From a candidate division WWE3 bacterium GW2011_GWB1_41_6 (GTDB lineage: Bacteria > Patescibacteriota > WWE3 > UBA101185 > UBA10185), in the NCBI GenBank assembly GCA_000997355.1, contig LCBS01000002.1:11144-54983 (forward strand): 43,840 nucleotides of DNA. The letters run 5' to 3'. A program made the translations under genes and the position numbers. The notes under the pieces were generated by a model. That model was given only the letters and a program-made list of their open reading frames with translations. It was not told the DNA's origin and ran no database searches. Every line of letters begins with the position of its first letter. Position 1 is the first letter of the stretch. Of this stretch, positions 27,260 through 35,680 are shown in pieces.

Positions 27260-28451
27260 TTTTAGTACTTTCTTTCATATTATTAATTACTTCAACATAT
27301 TTATCCAGCATTACGTTCATAGTGAAATGCCCCAATGCCCGGTTCCTACCGTTCGTACCCATTTCCGCTCTCATATTGGGATCCTGCGCAACCGCCTTTA
27401 TCTTCTCGGCCAGTGCCTCACTATCTCCGGGTCGGACAAGAAAACCTGTCTCACCGTCCACTACCGCATCGGATACACCGCCTATATCGGAGGCGATCAC
27501 GGGAAGCCTTGATAACATCGCTTCAGGGATGGTCATAGGAAAGCCTTCCACCCTCAAAGTCGGTAGCACAAATACATCTGCGGTTCTCAATCTTTTTATT
27601 ACATCACGATACGGCACTTTTCCGTAAAATTTAACTTTTGGACCAAGGTCACGGCGTGCGACAAGTTCTTTTAATTTATTAAGATCAGCACCATCCCCTA
27701 CTACCTCAAGTATGATGTTTTCTTTCCGCAGCACTTCCATCACATGTACCAGGTTATACAAACCTTTAGACCTTACCACTCTCCCAACATAAATAAGCTT
27801 TACCGGACCTTCCTTAAGTTCAAAGGTTCCCATGAACTTCTCCGGATCCACACCGTTGTATATTACCTCCACTTTTTCCTCGGGAACAAACGTCTCGTTC
27901 ATTAAAGCGGTTTTTACCGCCTGCGACACCGCTACAACCTTGTCTGCACCAAGCACAAACTCCCTTTGCCTGCCAAAGTAATTCGCAAGAACGAATAACA
28001 GGTCCTTTGTAAGCCTTATCAGAGCTGTAATCCCTGCCGAATCATATAGACGGGTCTTTAGCTCCCCCATGATCGTTCCGTGTGATATTGCCAATATCTT
28101 TATGTTCAGTTCTTTTTTATTCCTTATAATTCCCAAGCCTGCCGAGCTTTGGCTGATAACAAGATCATATTGTTTATCTTTAAGCTCGTTCTTAAATTCC
28201 TCAAATGATCTCACAACCCAATTATTTTTCTTCTGCCAGGGAGCGACCCACATTTTATAAATGGAGGGAATGAAGACGTAATTAACTTTATTCCCGGAAG
28301 TATAGTCTATATTAAGCTCCTTTCGCGGCGAGAAAACCGTAACAGCGTGGCCTTTTGACGCTAGGCCTTCACAAAGTACTTTGTTCTGGGTTTCCAAACC
28401 CCCGTATCCGGCATGAAAGGTCGTAGACTTGATGAAAACGGCAACGTTCAT
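27243..28451 (-). CDS. GT4 glycosyltransferase
   Basis: YGGLE, IYNGVD, YVGRVVRSKG, EGFPMTIPEAM. Likely start is MNVAVF at 28451. Confidence 0.92.
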   Translation of the reverse strand: MNVAVFIKSTTFHAGYGGLETQNKVLCEGLASKGHAVTVFSPRKELNIDYTSGNKVNYVFIPSIYKMWVAPWQKKNNWVVRSFEEFKNELKDKQYDLVISQSSAGLGIIRNKKELNIKILAISHGTIMGELKTRLYDSAGITALIRLTKDLLFVLANYFGRQREFVLGADKVVAVSQAVKTALMNETFVPEEKVEVIYNGVDPEKFMGTFELKEGPVKLIYVGRVVRSKGLYNLVHVMEVLRKENIILEVVGDGADLNKLKELVARRDLGPKVKFYGKVPYRDVIKRLRTADVFVLPTLRVEGFPMTIPEAMLSRLPVIASDIGGVSDAVVDGETGFLVRPGDSEALAEKIKAVAQDPNMRAEMGTNGRNRALGHFTMNVMLDKYVEVINNMKESTKNVLST

Positions 28452-28485
28452 AAACAAATTGTACTATATTTGTTATACTAAAAAT
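28452..28485. promoter_or_regulatory. Compact bidirectional promoter (minus-strand TACAAT at 28458-28463, plus-strand TGtTATACT at 28471-28479)
   Basis: Each -10 box is 6 nt from its ATG, and only 34 nt separate the divergent start codons. Confidence 0.62.
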
Positions 28486-29163
28486 ATGGATAAAGGCAGT
28501 ATTGAACACGCAAAAGAGTTAATGGAAAATGGTTGGAAACACCGTGAGGAGTTAAAGTTCGGGGAAGCTGAAACTTTGCTCGAACAAGCAAAAACAATTT
28601 TTATGGAAAATGAGGATTGGTTCAACTACACTGAAACCCTGAACCATCTAGCGTACCTGCATAAACTGAAAGCATCTCAAGAGCTACAAATAGCTGAGAA
28701 ATTTGCTACCGAGTCGTATAATACCGCACGCGAAAAAGGTTCAAAGGAAATACACGCCTTGCGGGCAGTAATAAGTATTTTAGAAAGCCGTGGTATGTTT
28801 GAAAATGCTATTCCCTACACAAAAAAATACATTGAACTGCAGGGTGGTCCTGGTTCTAAAGGAGATATTGAATCACATCTTGCCAATTTTCTACTAAGAA
28901 CAGGAAAGTCTGAGGAGGCATTGGAAACGGTAAACAAAGCTATAGCCAATATTGAAGCGGGTTGGGAGTCGGAACGTGAACCTCACAGGAGTGTGTGGAA
29001 GTCCAAAGCTTTGACCGTAAAAGCCTTGATCTTGTTCAATTCCGGTCAAAAAGAAGAAGCGCTTAAACTAGTAGATGAGGCTTGGGAACTGGCAAAAGAA
29101 CAAAAACTTATAACGCGGCTAAGTCAGATAAAAAGTGTAAGAGAAATGATTGTAAGTTCTTAA
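28486..29163 (+). CDS. TPR-like all-helical protein
   Basis: Repeated EA..LLEQA / EEALETVNKA / EEALKLVDEA helices. Start revised to MDKGS at 28486. Confidence 0.72.
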   Translation: MDKGSIEHAKELMENGWKHREELKFGEAETLLEQAKTIFMENEDWFNYTETLNHLAYLHKLKASQELQIAEKFATESYNTAREKGSKEIHALRAVISILESRGMFENAIPYTKKYIELQGGPGSKGDIESHLANFLLRTGKSEEALETVNKAIANIEAGWESEREPHRSVWKSKALTVKALILFNSGQKEEALKLVDEAWELAKEQKLITRLSQIKSVREMIVSS

Positions 29164-29171
29164 ACTTACTA

Positions 29172-30386
29172 CTACCCTTCCAGTAATAAAATCTCCAACT
29201 TTGAGATATTTTCACCAATATCGAACAATTTTCCGGCTCTTAGTGAAGCGACCTCACCTAATTTTATTCTAAGTACCGGATCCCCTAACAGCCTTTCAAT
29301 CTCTGTCGCTATTGCTACGGGGTCCCGTTGAGGTACTATTATACCGGTATGGCCGTGCTCTATAAGATCTTTCATACTCCCCGCTTCAGTGGCAATAACA
29401 GGAATCCTGTGCATGGCAGCCTCAATTACTACCGTTGGAACACCGTCCGCATCCCCTTCCCCGGTTTCAATACTTGGAAGTACAAAAATGTCCGCTTTAG
29501 CATAGAATCTGCTTACCTCATCGTGAGGAAGGCCTGAACCTTTGCCATCGATGTATACAGTATCAACCAGTTCCTTTTTCTTTATGAGATCAACCAAACC
29601 TTCGTATAAAGGCCCCGGTCCTATGATATGAACTTCGTGAACAACACCGGATTTTTTTAATATAGCAGACGCTTCGATAAGATACTTCAACCCTTTCTTC
29701 TCCACAAGCCTGGCAACGGATAATATAATCGGTCTTTGCCCTTCAACCTTGTCTTCATCAGACCCGTGCTCGGTAATTTCCACACCATGGTACAACTTAC
29801 GAACTTTATTCAGTGACTCCCCGCCTGCCACGCTTACGAACTTGTCGTAAGCATATGTGTTGCAAATCGTAATGAACTTAGCCTTCTCAGCCTTTTCTTT
29901 TAGTAAAGTTCCTTCAACGAATACATCACGTGCGTGTCCGGAAATGCTAAATGGTATTCTTAATATCTCTGATGCAATCATAACTACAGTGGACGGATCT
30001 GATAGGAAATGGACGTGTATATGATCGGGATGAAACTGTTCGATCAGATATGTGTAACCAAGCGACTTTAAGAAAAGATAAAGTCTTGAGGCAAAATTAT
30101 GGGAAGAATCTCTTTTTACCAGATTCCACGCTGAGAGAACACTATGCGTATTCTTGAATAAATAACCCAGCGCTTTATAGCAGGCGTGCATGTTCAACCT
30201 CCTGTAATCAGTAATACCTATTACCCCGTCTGAAGCCTTACCTGAAGCCTTCTGCAAAGAAAATACACGGATATCCAGATTCCCCAACTCAATTAATTTA
30301 CGCACTTCACGTTCGATAAATGTTTCCGTGAGCCGGGGAAACTCCGGTATGAAATAAAGTATTTTCTTTTTAGCTATCTTGTCCAT
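29172..30386 (-). CDS. GT4 glycosyltransferase (WcaL-like)
   Basis: FPRLTETFIERE, HIHVHF, HARD, VARLVEKKG, GDADGVPTVVIEA. Confidence 0.9.
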   Translation of the reverse strand: MDKIAKKKILYFIPEFPRLTETFIEREVRKLIELGNLDIRVFSLQKASGKASDGVIGITDYRRLNMHACYKALGYLFKNTHSVLSAWNLVKRDSSHNFASRLYLFLKSLGYTYLIEQFHPDHIHVHFLSDPSTVVMIASEILRIPFSISGHARDVFVEGTLLKEKAEKAKFITICNTYAYDKFVSVAGGESLNKVRKLYHGVEITEHGSDEDKVEGQRPIILSVARLVEKKGLKYLIEASAILKKSGVVHEVHIIGPGPLYEGLVDLIKKKELVDTVYIDGKGSGLPHDEVSRFYAKADIFVLPSIETGEGDADGVPTVVIEAAMHRIPVIATEAGSMKDLIEHGHTGIIVPQRDPVAIATEIERLLGDPVLRIKLGEVASLRAGKLFDIGENISKLEILLLEG

Positions 30387-31749
30387 TTTTTAGCAACGCT
30401 GAGGGAACCGTTGACTCACTAGGTTCGTCAACCTTATCCAATCCATTGGTTCTTTTTCCTACGGCAAAGTAAACAAAGCCGTAATCCTGAACTTTCTCTT
30501 TATCAAGCAAGTTCCTGCCATCGAATATCACTTTTTGTTTTACCAGCGGTTTAACACGTTCCGGATCAAGATTAGCAAACTCCTTCCACTCTGTAAGTAT
30601 CAAAACCGCGTCTGAACCTTCTATTGCTTCATATTTGTCATGGCAGTAAACAATGTTCGCATCGCCAAGAACTTTTTTGGCATTTGCCGTCGCTTCAGGA
30701 TCATAAGCCCTTATCTTTGCACCCATTCCTCTAAGGTCTCTGATCACCTCAATCGACACGGATTCCCTGATATCATCAGTATCCCCTTTGAAAGCCATTC
30801 CCAGACACGCTAGGGTCAATCCTGACAGATTCTCACCAAACATCTTAGTAATTTTCTTAAGGAAATATTTTTTCTGAAGTTTGTTTACCTCCATAACGCC
30901 CCGCAAAAGCTTAAAATCATAAGCCTGGTCGGTTGACGTCCGGTACAGCGCGGCTACATCCTTAGGAAAACAACTCCCCCCATAACCTATGCCCGCGTTA
31001 AGGAAATACTTACCGATCCTTTTATCCAACCCCATCCCATATGAAACGGCAGCTACATCCGCACGGCCGCGTTCACATAACTGAGCCATCTCATTAATAA
31101 ATGAGATCTTTGTGGCAAGGAAAGCATTTGATGCATACTTGATCATCTCTGCAGATCTTAGATCGGTTTCAACGACCGGGGAGTTAAGATGTTCGTAAAG
31201 CTTACTTAATACATCCAAAGCCTTTTTTGAATCGGAACCTATAACGGTCCTATCTGTATTCTGCATATCCTCAACTGACGAACCTTCGCGTAGAAATTCA
31301 GGGTTTGACGCAACATCAAATTCAGCTGAACCTTTTAGATTTTCTTTGATAAGTTTTTTGATCTTCTCATTCGTACCCACCGGCACAGTACTCTTTGTAA
31401 CGATCACTTTATAGTCAGTTAGATTTTGGCCTATTTCACGCGCCACTGCCCAAACAGCCGAAAGATCGGCCGACCCGGTGTCACTCTGAGGCGTTCCTAC
31501 GCAAATAAACACAACTTCCGCGTCTCTCATACCCTCAACAAGTGATGTCGTAAACACAAGCCTCCCTTTTTCAATATTCCTCAAAACAATCTCCGAAAGC
31601 CCCGGCTCAAATATGGGCATCTCGCCTGAGTTTATCGTCTCGATTTTTCTCTCATCTATGTCTACTCCTTTGACAGTGTTCCCCCAATCCGAAAATATTG
31701 CTGCTCCTACCAGACCTACATAACCTGTGCCTATTACACAAATATTCAT
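30370..31749 (-). CDS. ugd: UDP-glucose 6-dehydrogenase (UDP-glucose/GDP-mannose dehydrogenase family)
   Basis: GTGYVG Rossmann motif, KSTVPVGT, SNPEFLREG, catalytic GYGGSCFPKD. ATG 31749 is preceded by SD AGGAGG. Confidence 0.95.
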   Translation of the reverse strand: MNICVIGTGYVGLVGAAIFSDWGNTVKGVDIDERKIETINSGEMPIFEPGLSEIVLRNIEKGRLVFTTSLVEGMRDAEVVFICVGTPQSDTGSADLSAVWAVAREIGQNLTDYKVIVTKSTVPVGTNEKIKKLIKENLKGSAEFDVASNPEFLREGSSVEDMQNTDRTVIGSDSKKALDVLSKLYEHLNSPVVETDLRSAEMIKYASNAFLATKISFINEMAQLCERGRADVAAVSYGMGLDKRIGKYFLNAGIGYGGSCFPKDVAALYRTSTDQAYDFKLLRGVMEVNKLQKKYFLKKITKMFGENLSGLTLACLGMAFKGDTDDIRESVSIEVIRDLRGMGAKIRAYDPEATANAKKVLGDANIVYCHDKYEAIEGSDAVLILTEWKEFANLDPERVKPLVKQKVIFDGRNLLDKEKVQDYGFVYFAVGKRTNGLDKVDEPSESTVPSALLKNGQDS

Positions 31750-31832
31750 ACGGGTATCCTCCTGAGGCAGTGGATGGATTCTCCCATTGGGCAGGTAAAA
31801 CATACCTTCAATAGGTTCGTCCAGATCGAATT

Positions 31833-32585
31833 TTATACTCTGTAAACTCCCTTTAAATCATTTATCCTTATTTTAAGAACGTCACGGGCCATTTTGTAAG
31901 AGTTCTGGAAAAAGTTGAGCCGCATTGTCTTCACAAATGTCCACGTCACAGGCACTTCTTTGATCGAATAGCCTTTTTTCCTGGCGAGAAATAAAACCTC
32001 AACCTCCAGCGCACCGAAGAACGGCTTCTGGGTGATCTCAGCATTGGGACCGTATACTTTTAACATTGAAAAAAGGTCCTTCGCTACGTGTGCTTTGAAC
32101 AGTTTGAATCCGCATTGGGAATCCCTTATACCCGGAAGTGCAACCAACTGCACAAGCCAGTTGAACGCCCTCCCAACCAGATGACGGTAGTAAGGTTCGC
32201 CAATTCTAACCGCTCCGATCCCTTCCCTTGACGCGATTACAATATCAAAATTCTGGTCTATCAACCAAACCGAAAGTTTTTTAAGTTCGTTTATAGGGGC
32301 TGAGAAGTCGGCATCAGCTAAATAGATATAATCCCCACGTGCTTTTTGAACACCGGTGTACAACCCTCCTGCTTTACCCATATGCTGATTCCTTACAAGA
32401 ACTATTTCCAAGTTCGAATACGCATACTCTTCCACAATATCAGCTGTCTTATCGATGCTTCCATCATCAACAACCACAATCTCAAAGGAACTGGAGAATG
32501 TCCTCATAAAATTTAAGGCTTGAGTCAAGGAGGTTGTTATTTTATCAGCTTCGTTGAATGCTGATATTACTATTGAGTATTCCAT
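31833..32585 (-). CDS. GT2, dolichyl-phosphate beta-glucosyltransferase (ALG5)-like
   Basis: AFNE, VDDGS, GKAG, DADFSAPI, IASR, DSQCGFKLF. Confidence 0.9.
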   Translation of the reverse strand: MEYSIVISAFNEADKITTSLTQALNFMRTFSSSFEIVVVDDGSIDKTADIVEEYAYSNLEIVLVRNQHMGKAGGLYTGVQKARGDYIYLADADFSAPINELKKLSVWLIDQNFDIVIASREGIGAVRIGEPYYRHLVGRAFNWLVQLVALPGIRDSQCGFKLFKAHVAKDLFSMLKVYGPNAEITQKPFFGALEVEVLFLARKKGYSIKEVPVTWTFVKTMRLNFFQNSYKMARDVLKIRINDLKGVYRV

Positions 32586-32592
32586 AAAAGAA

Positions 32593-33720
32593 TCAGGTAG
32601 CTTTCTTGTTTTTCCAGATAATTTTACTATAAATAGTAAAATTCCACACTAACCCTATCATTACACCTACCATAAATGCGGTGTTAGCAACTAAAAAAGT
32701 ATCCCCAAACGTAGCTATTGAGGTCTTGACCAGCCAACTTCTGAAAATGATCGGCATGTAAGAAAATAATCCATATACAACAAAGCTTTTGATCGTTTTT
32801 GATACGCTGGTTATCCTACGGTCGCCAAACGACCACAGATTGTTGAAAGTAAAAGTTACCACCATAGCGAAGAACCCTGCTGTTGCGCTGGCGTGCTGTG
32901 AAGAAAGCAAGGTAATTCTTAATAAGTTAAATAATCCAAGATCTGTGAATAACCCCAAAAACCCCACTGCCAGAAATTTAATAAAACTTTTATTTTCCCT
33001 TACACTGATCGTAAGCACAACCTTTAATGATTCAATTGGGTTATTTCTTTCCATTTTAGAATCCCCCCGGTCCCTCATCCCAAAAACGATGGGTATTTCT
33101 CTTATCTTTGCCCCAGCCTTATACATTTTATGCAGTAGATCCATTTTATAAGCAAAACCCTGCGATAAAACATCATCAAGATCAATCTTGTCAACGAAAC
33201 CATGCACACGCGACGCTTTGAAACCTGTTGTAAAATCGTTTACCGAAAAGATGCCCAAGACTGCTTTGGAGAACAGGTTTCCACCCACACTTAATAACTT
33301 TCTGTATAATGCCCAGTTCTGAGGTATGCTGCCCCCTTTTGTGAAACGTGACCCTATTACGTAGTCTGCACCGTTATCTATTTCCTGCACCATTCTTAAC
33401 ACATCCGCCGGGTCGTGCTGAAAGTCCGCATCCATCTCAATAAGAACTTCGGCGTCAAGTTCGTTCATAGCTTTTTTAAACGCGTTTGTATAAGCCACAC
33501 CTAAACCTTTTTTTTCTTTCTGAAGCAATAAATGAACAAAAGGGTACTCTAAACTCATTTTGTTAACCGCATCAGCTGTACCGTCAGGAGAGCTATCATC
33601 AACCACTAAAATACCAAATTCGTGCTGGGGCATCTTTTTAAATTCCTCAGCCAACGCCGGTATCAGACGCGTGATATTATCTACCTCGTTGTAAGTAGGT
33701 ATAATTACTATAATTTTCAT
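32593..33720 (-). CDS. Polyprenol monophosphomannose synthase-like GT2 fused to a GtrA domain
   Basis: IPTYNE, DDSSPDGT, EMDADFQHDP, GSRF, GDSKM. The C-terminal 4-TM GtrA pattern is KFLAVG...FTFNNLWSF...WNF. Confidence 0.9.
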   Translation of the reverse strand: MKIIVIIPTYNEVDNITRLIPALAEEFKKMPQHEFGILVVDDSSPDGTADAVNKMSLEYPFVHLLLQKEKKGLGVAYTNAFKKAMNELDAEVLIEMDADFQHDPADVLRMVQEIDNGADYVIGSRFTKGGSIPQNWALYRKLLSVGGNLFSKAVLGIFSVNDFTTGFKASRVHGFVDKIDLDDVLSQGFAYKMDLLHKMYKAGAKIREIPIVFGMRDRGDSKMERNNPIESLKVVLTISVRENKSFIKFLAVGFLGLFTDLGLFNLLRITLLSSQHASATAGFFAMVVTFTFNNLWSFGDRRITSVSKTIKSFVVYGLFSYMPIIFRSWLVKTSIATFGDTFLVANTAFMVGVMIGLVWNFTIYSKIIWKNKKAT

Positions 33721-33732
33721 AAAAGCAATTCA

Positions 33733-33990
33733 CTATAAACTCAGGACTGAAAATATAAGAAGAAAGACCAGAGCACCGAAGAGGATATACTCAAAGATCG
33801 TTAGTCTGTTCAATCTTTTTTCCAAAGCATGATGAATTATACCCCAGAGAACGTAGTATAACGAACCTAAGGCAGCCAGAATAAGTTGCGCCCGTGTATC
33901 AAAACGGAAAAGTACAAAAAATACCGAGAGCACACTCAGTCCAAGGGCTAAAAAAGAATAATGTAAAATGTGTTTTTCCTGTTCGGTCAT
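33733..33990 (-). CDS. Small 3-TM membrane protein (YxxWGIIHH motif)
   Basis: Three hydrophobic helices, YVLWGIIHH...FEY. ATGA overlap with the CAP gene. Confidence 0.75.
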   Translation of the reverse strand: MTEQEKHILHYSFLALGLSVLSVFFVLFRFDTRAQLILAALGSLYYVLWGIIHHALEKRLNRLTIFEYILFGALVFLLIFSVLSL

Positions 33991-34919
33991 AAGATTTTAC
34001 CCGGCATCATCATTAACAACATACCGACCAAAGTAATCATTAAAAAGCTCAGGTGTGCTAAGCTATGCCCCGTCAACTTAAAAATGGAATGCCTCTTTGA
34101 GTACCAGATATCCAGAAGAAGTAACACGACAATATAAATTACGAATACTAAGCCGATCGCCTTTGATGCCGTAGCAATATCGACCGTCGGTTGGACAACG
34201 GGGTTCTCAATTACTATTTGTTTTTGTATCGGCTCATTCTTTGGATCGGGAACGAGACCCGTATCCTCCAAAACTGTTGCCACACTCTCCAATATCTTAT
34301 TTTCATCCTTGGCACTTGCCACATAAGAACCAGTCCTGCTCTTGCCAAACATCTGCACCACCAAAGTGGTCTCATATCCGTCGAGAACACCGTTCACAAC
34401 CGCAAAACCTATTTCTTCATAATTCTTGTTCATAATGTTTTCTTTATGCGATGATGAATTTACCCAAGCCTGTACAACATCTTTCGATGTATTGAAATTC
34501 TTTGCAAGATTCTCGCCTGCATAGACATAATCATAGTTTTCCCTAAGTATAAAATCCCATGGTTCCGTACCGCTCGGTGATATGTGGGACCAGTAACCTT
34601 CTTTGAACATATCTTCCGCTTTCCTCTTAGCTGCGCTACTCAACGCACTATTTATGCGCAATTCCGTCAGTCCCGACTCCAATCTCTTCTGGTTGGTCAA
34701 ATTTAAGAGATCTTGAGTGGTAATATCCGAAGCGTACCCTAAAACCCCCGGGAAAGTCTTTGAAATAAGCCTAAAACTACCAAAGATTAACACGATCCCC
34801 AGTAAATATGTAAATATTGCAGAATGGGATAGTAAAGTAGCTCTTGTCTTATGATGGGGATGGGGAACAAAATGATGTTTAAAACTATATTCCTTATGGT
34901 TTGGCAGAGTTTTAGACAT
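33987..34919 (-). CDS. Membrane-anchored CAP (SCP) domain protein
   Basis: LTNQKR, KAEDM, YWSH, YAGENLA, WVNSSSHKENI, with one N-terminal and two C-terminal TMs. Start revised to MSKTLP at 34919. Confidence 0.9.
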   Translation of the reverse strand: MSKTLPNHKEYSFKHHFVPHPHHKTRATLLSHSAIFTYLLGIVLIFGSFRLISKTFPGVLGYASDITTQDLLNLTNQKRLESGLTELRINSALSSAAKRKAEDMFKEGYWSHISPSGTEPWDFILRENYDYVYAGENLAKNFNTSKDVVQAWVNSSSHKENIMNKNYEEIGFAVVNGVLDGYETTLVVQMFGKSRTGSYVASAKDENKILESVATVLEDTGLVPDPKNEPIQKQIVIENPVVQPTVDIATASKAIGLVFVIYIVVLLLLDIWYSKRHSIFKLTGHSLAHLSFLMITLVGMLLMMMPGKIL

Positions 34920-34926
34920 TAAAAAA

Positions 34927-34935
34927 ATTATAGCA
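34927..34935 (-). promoter_or_regulatory. Extended -10 element TGcTATAAT, probable leaderless promoter for the CAP/glycosylation operon
   Basis: Perfect TGnTATAAT in the 19-nt gap after map, 7 nt before ATG 34919. Confidence 0.68.
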
Positions 34936-34938
34936 CCA

Positions 34939-35679
34939 TTAGAAGCTAGTAATAATAACGGGGCCATCCTTTGTCGCAGCGACCGTTTGTTCGAACAAAC
35001 CGGATAGACTTCCATCTGACGTTTTTATTGTCCAATCATCATCATCAACTTCTATTCTTGGACTGCCCCTCTGATATATCACTTCGATTGCCAGTACTAG
35101 CCCTTCCTGAATCAGAGGGCCTTCACCTTTTCGGCCATAGCCGGGAACGAGCGGATCTTCGTGCAATTCCGCACCAACACCGTGTCCTACCAGGTCCCGG
35201 GATACGGAATATCCTACGCTTTCTACCGTACTTTGAATTGCTTGGGAGATATCACCAATCCTATTACCAACTAATAATTTTGAGATCGCGTTGCTCAACG
35301 CTTGTTTGCCCGTATCCAGAAAAACTTTCTCTTTATCGGTACCGACTTCTACCGTATGTGACAAGTCGGTATGAAACCCTTTATAAAGTACCCCAAGATC
35401 GATGCTAACAACATCACCCGTTGTTAGCTCATAATCTGTCGGTATCCCGTGAACGATCCCCTCGTTAACATTTATACAAGTAGCGTAAGAATACCCATCC
35501 ACAGTTTTGAACGACGCCTCCCCGCCCGAATCTATGATATATTGATCGGCTATACGGTCCAATTCGGAAAGTTTAATTCCCGGCTTTATATTTTCCAGCA
35601 CTTTTTTTAAGGCAGTCGATGCAATCACACCACCCTCCCTCATAGTTTCGATATCATTTTTTGTTTTTAACGGAATCAT
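34939..35679 (-). CDS. map: Methionine aminopeptidase type I
   Basis: VHGIP, SIDLG, TD, GHGVG..LHEDP, AIE, FEQT, and its position after adk. Confidence 0.96.
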   Translation of the reverse strand: MIPLKTKNDIETMREGGVIASTALKKVLENIKPGIKLSELDRIADQYIIDSGGEASFKTVDGYSYATCINVNEGIVHGIPTDYELTTGDVVSIDLGVLYKGFHTDLSHTVEVGTDKEKVFLDTGKQALSNAISKLLVGNRIGDISQAIQSTVESVGYSVSRDLVGHGVGAELHEDPLVPGYGRKGEGPLIQEGLVLAIEVIYQRGSPRIEVDDDDWTIKTSDGSLSGLFEQTVAATKDGPVIITSF

Positions 35680-35680
35680 A

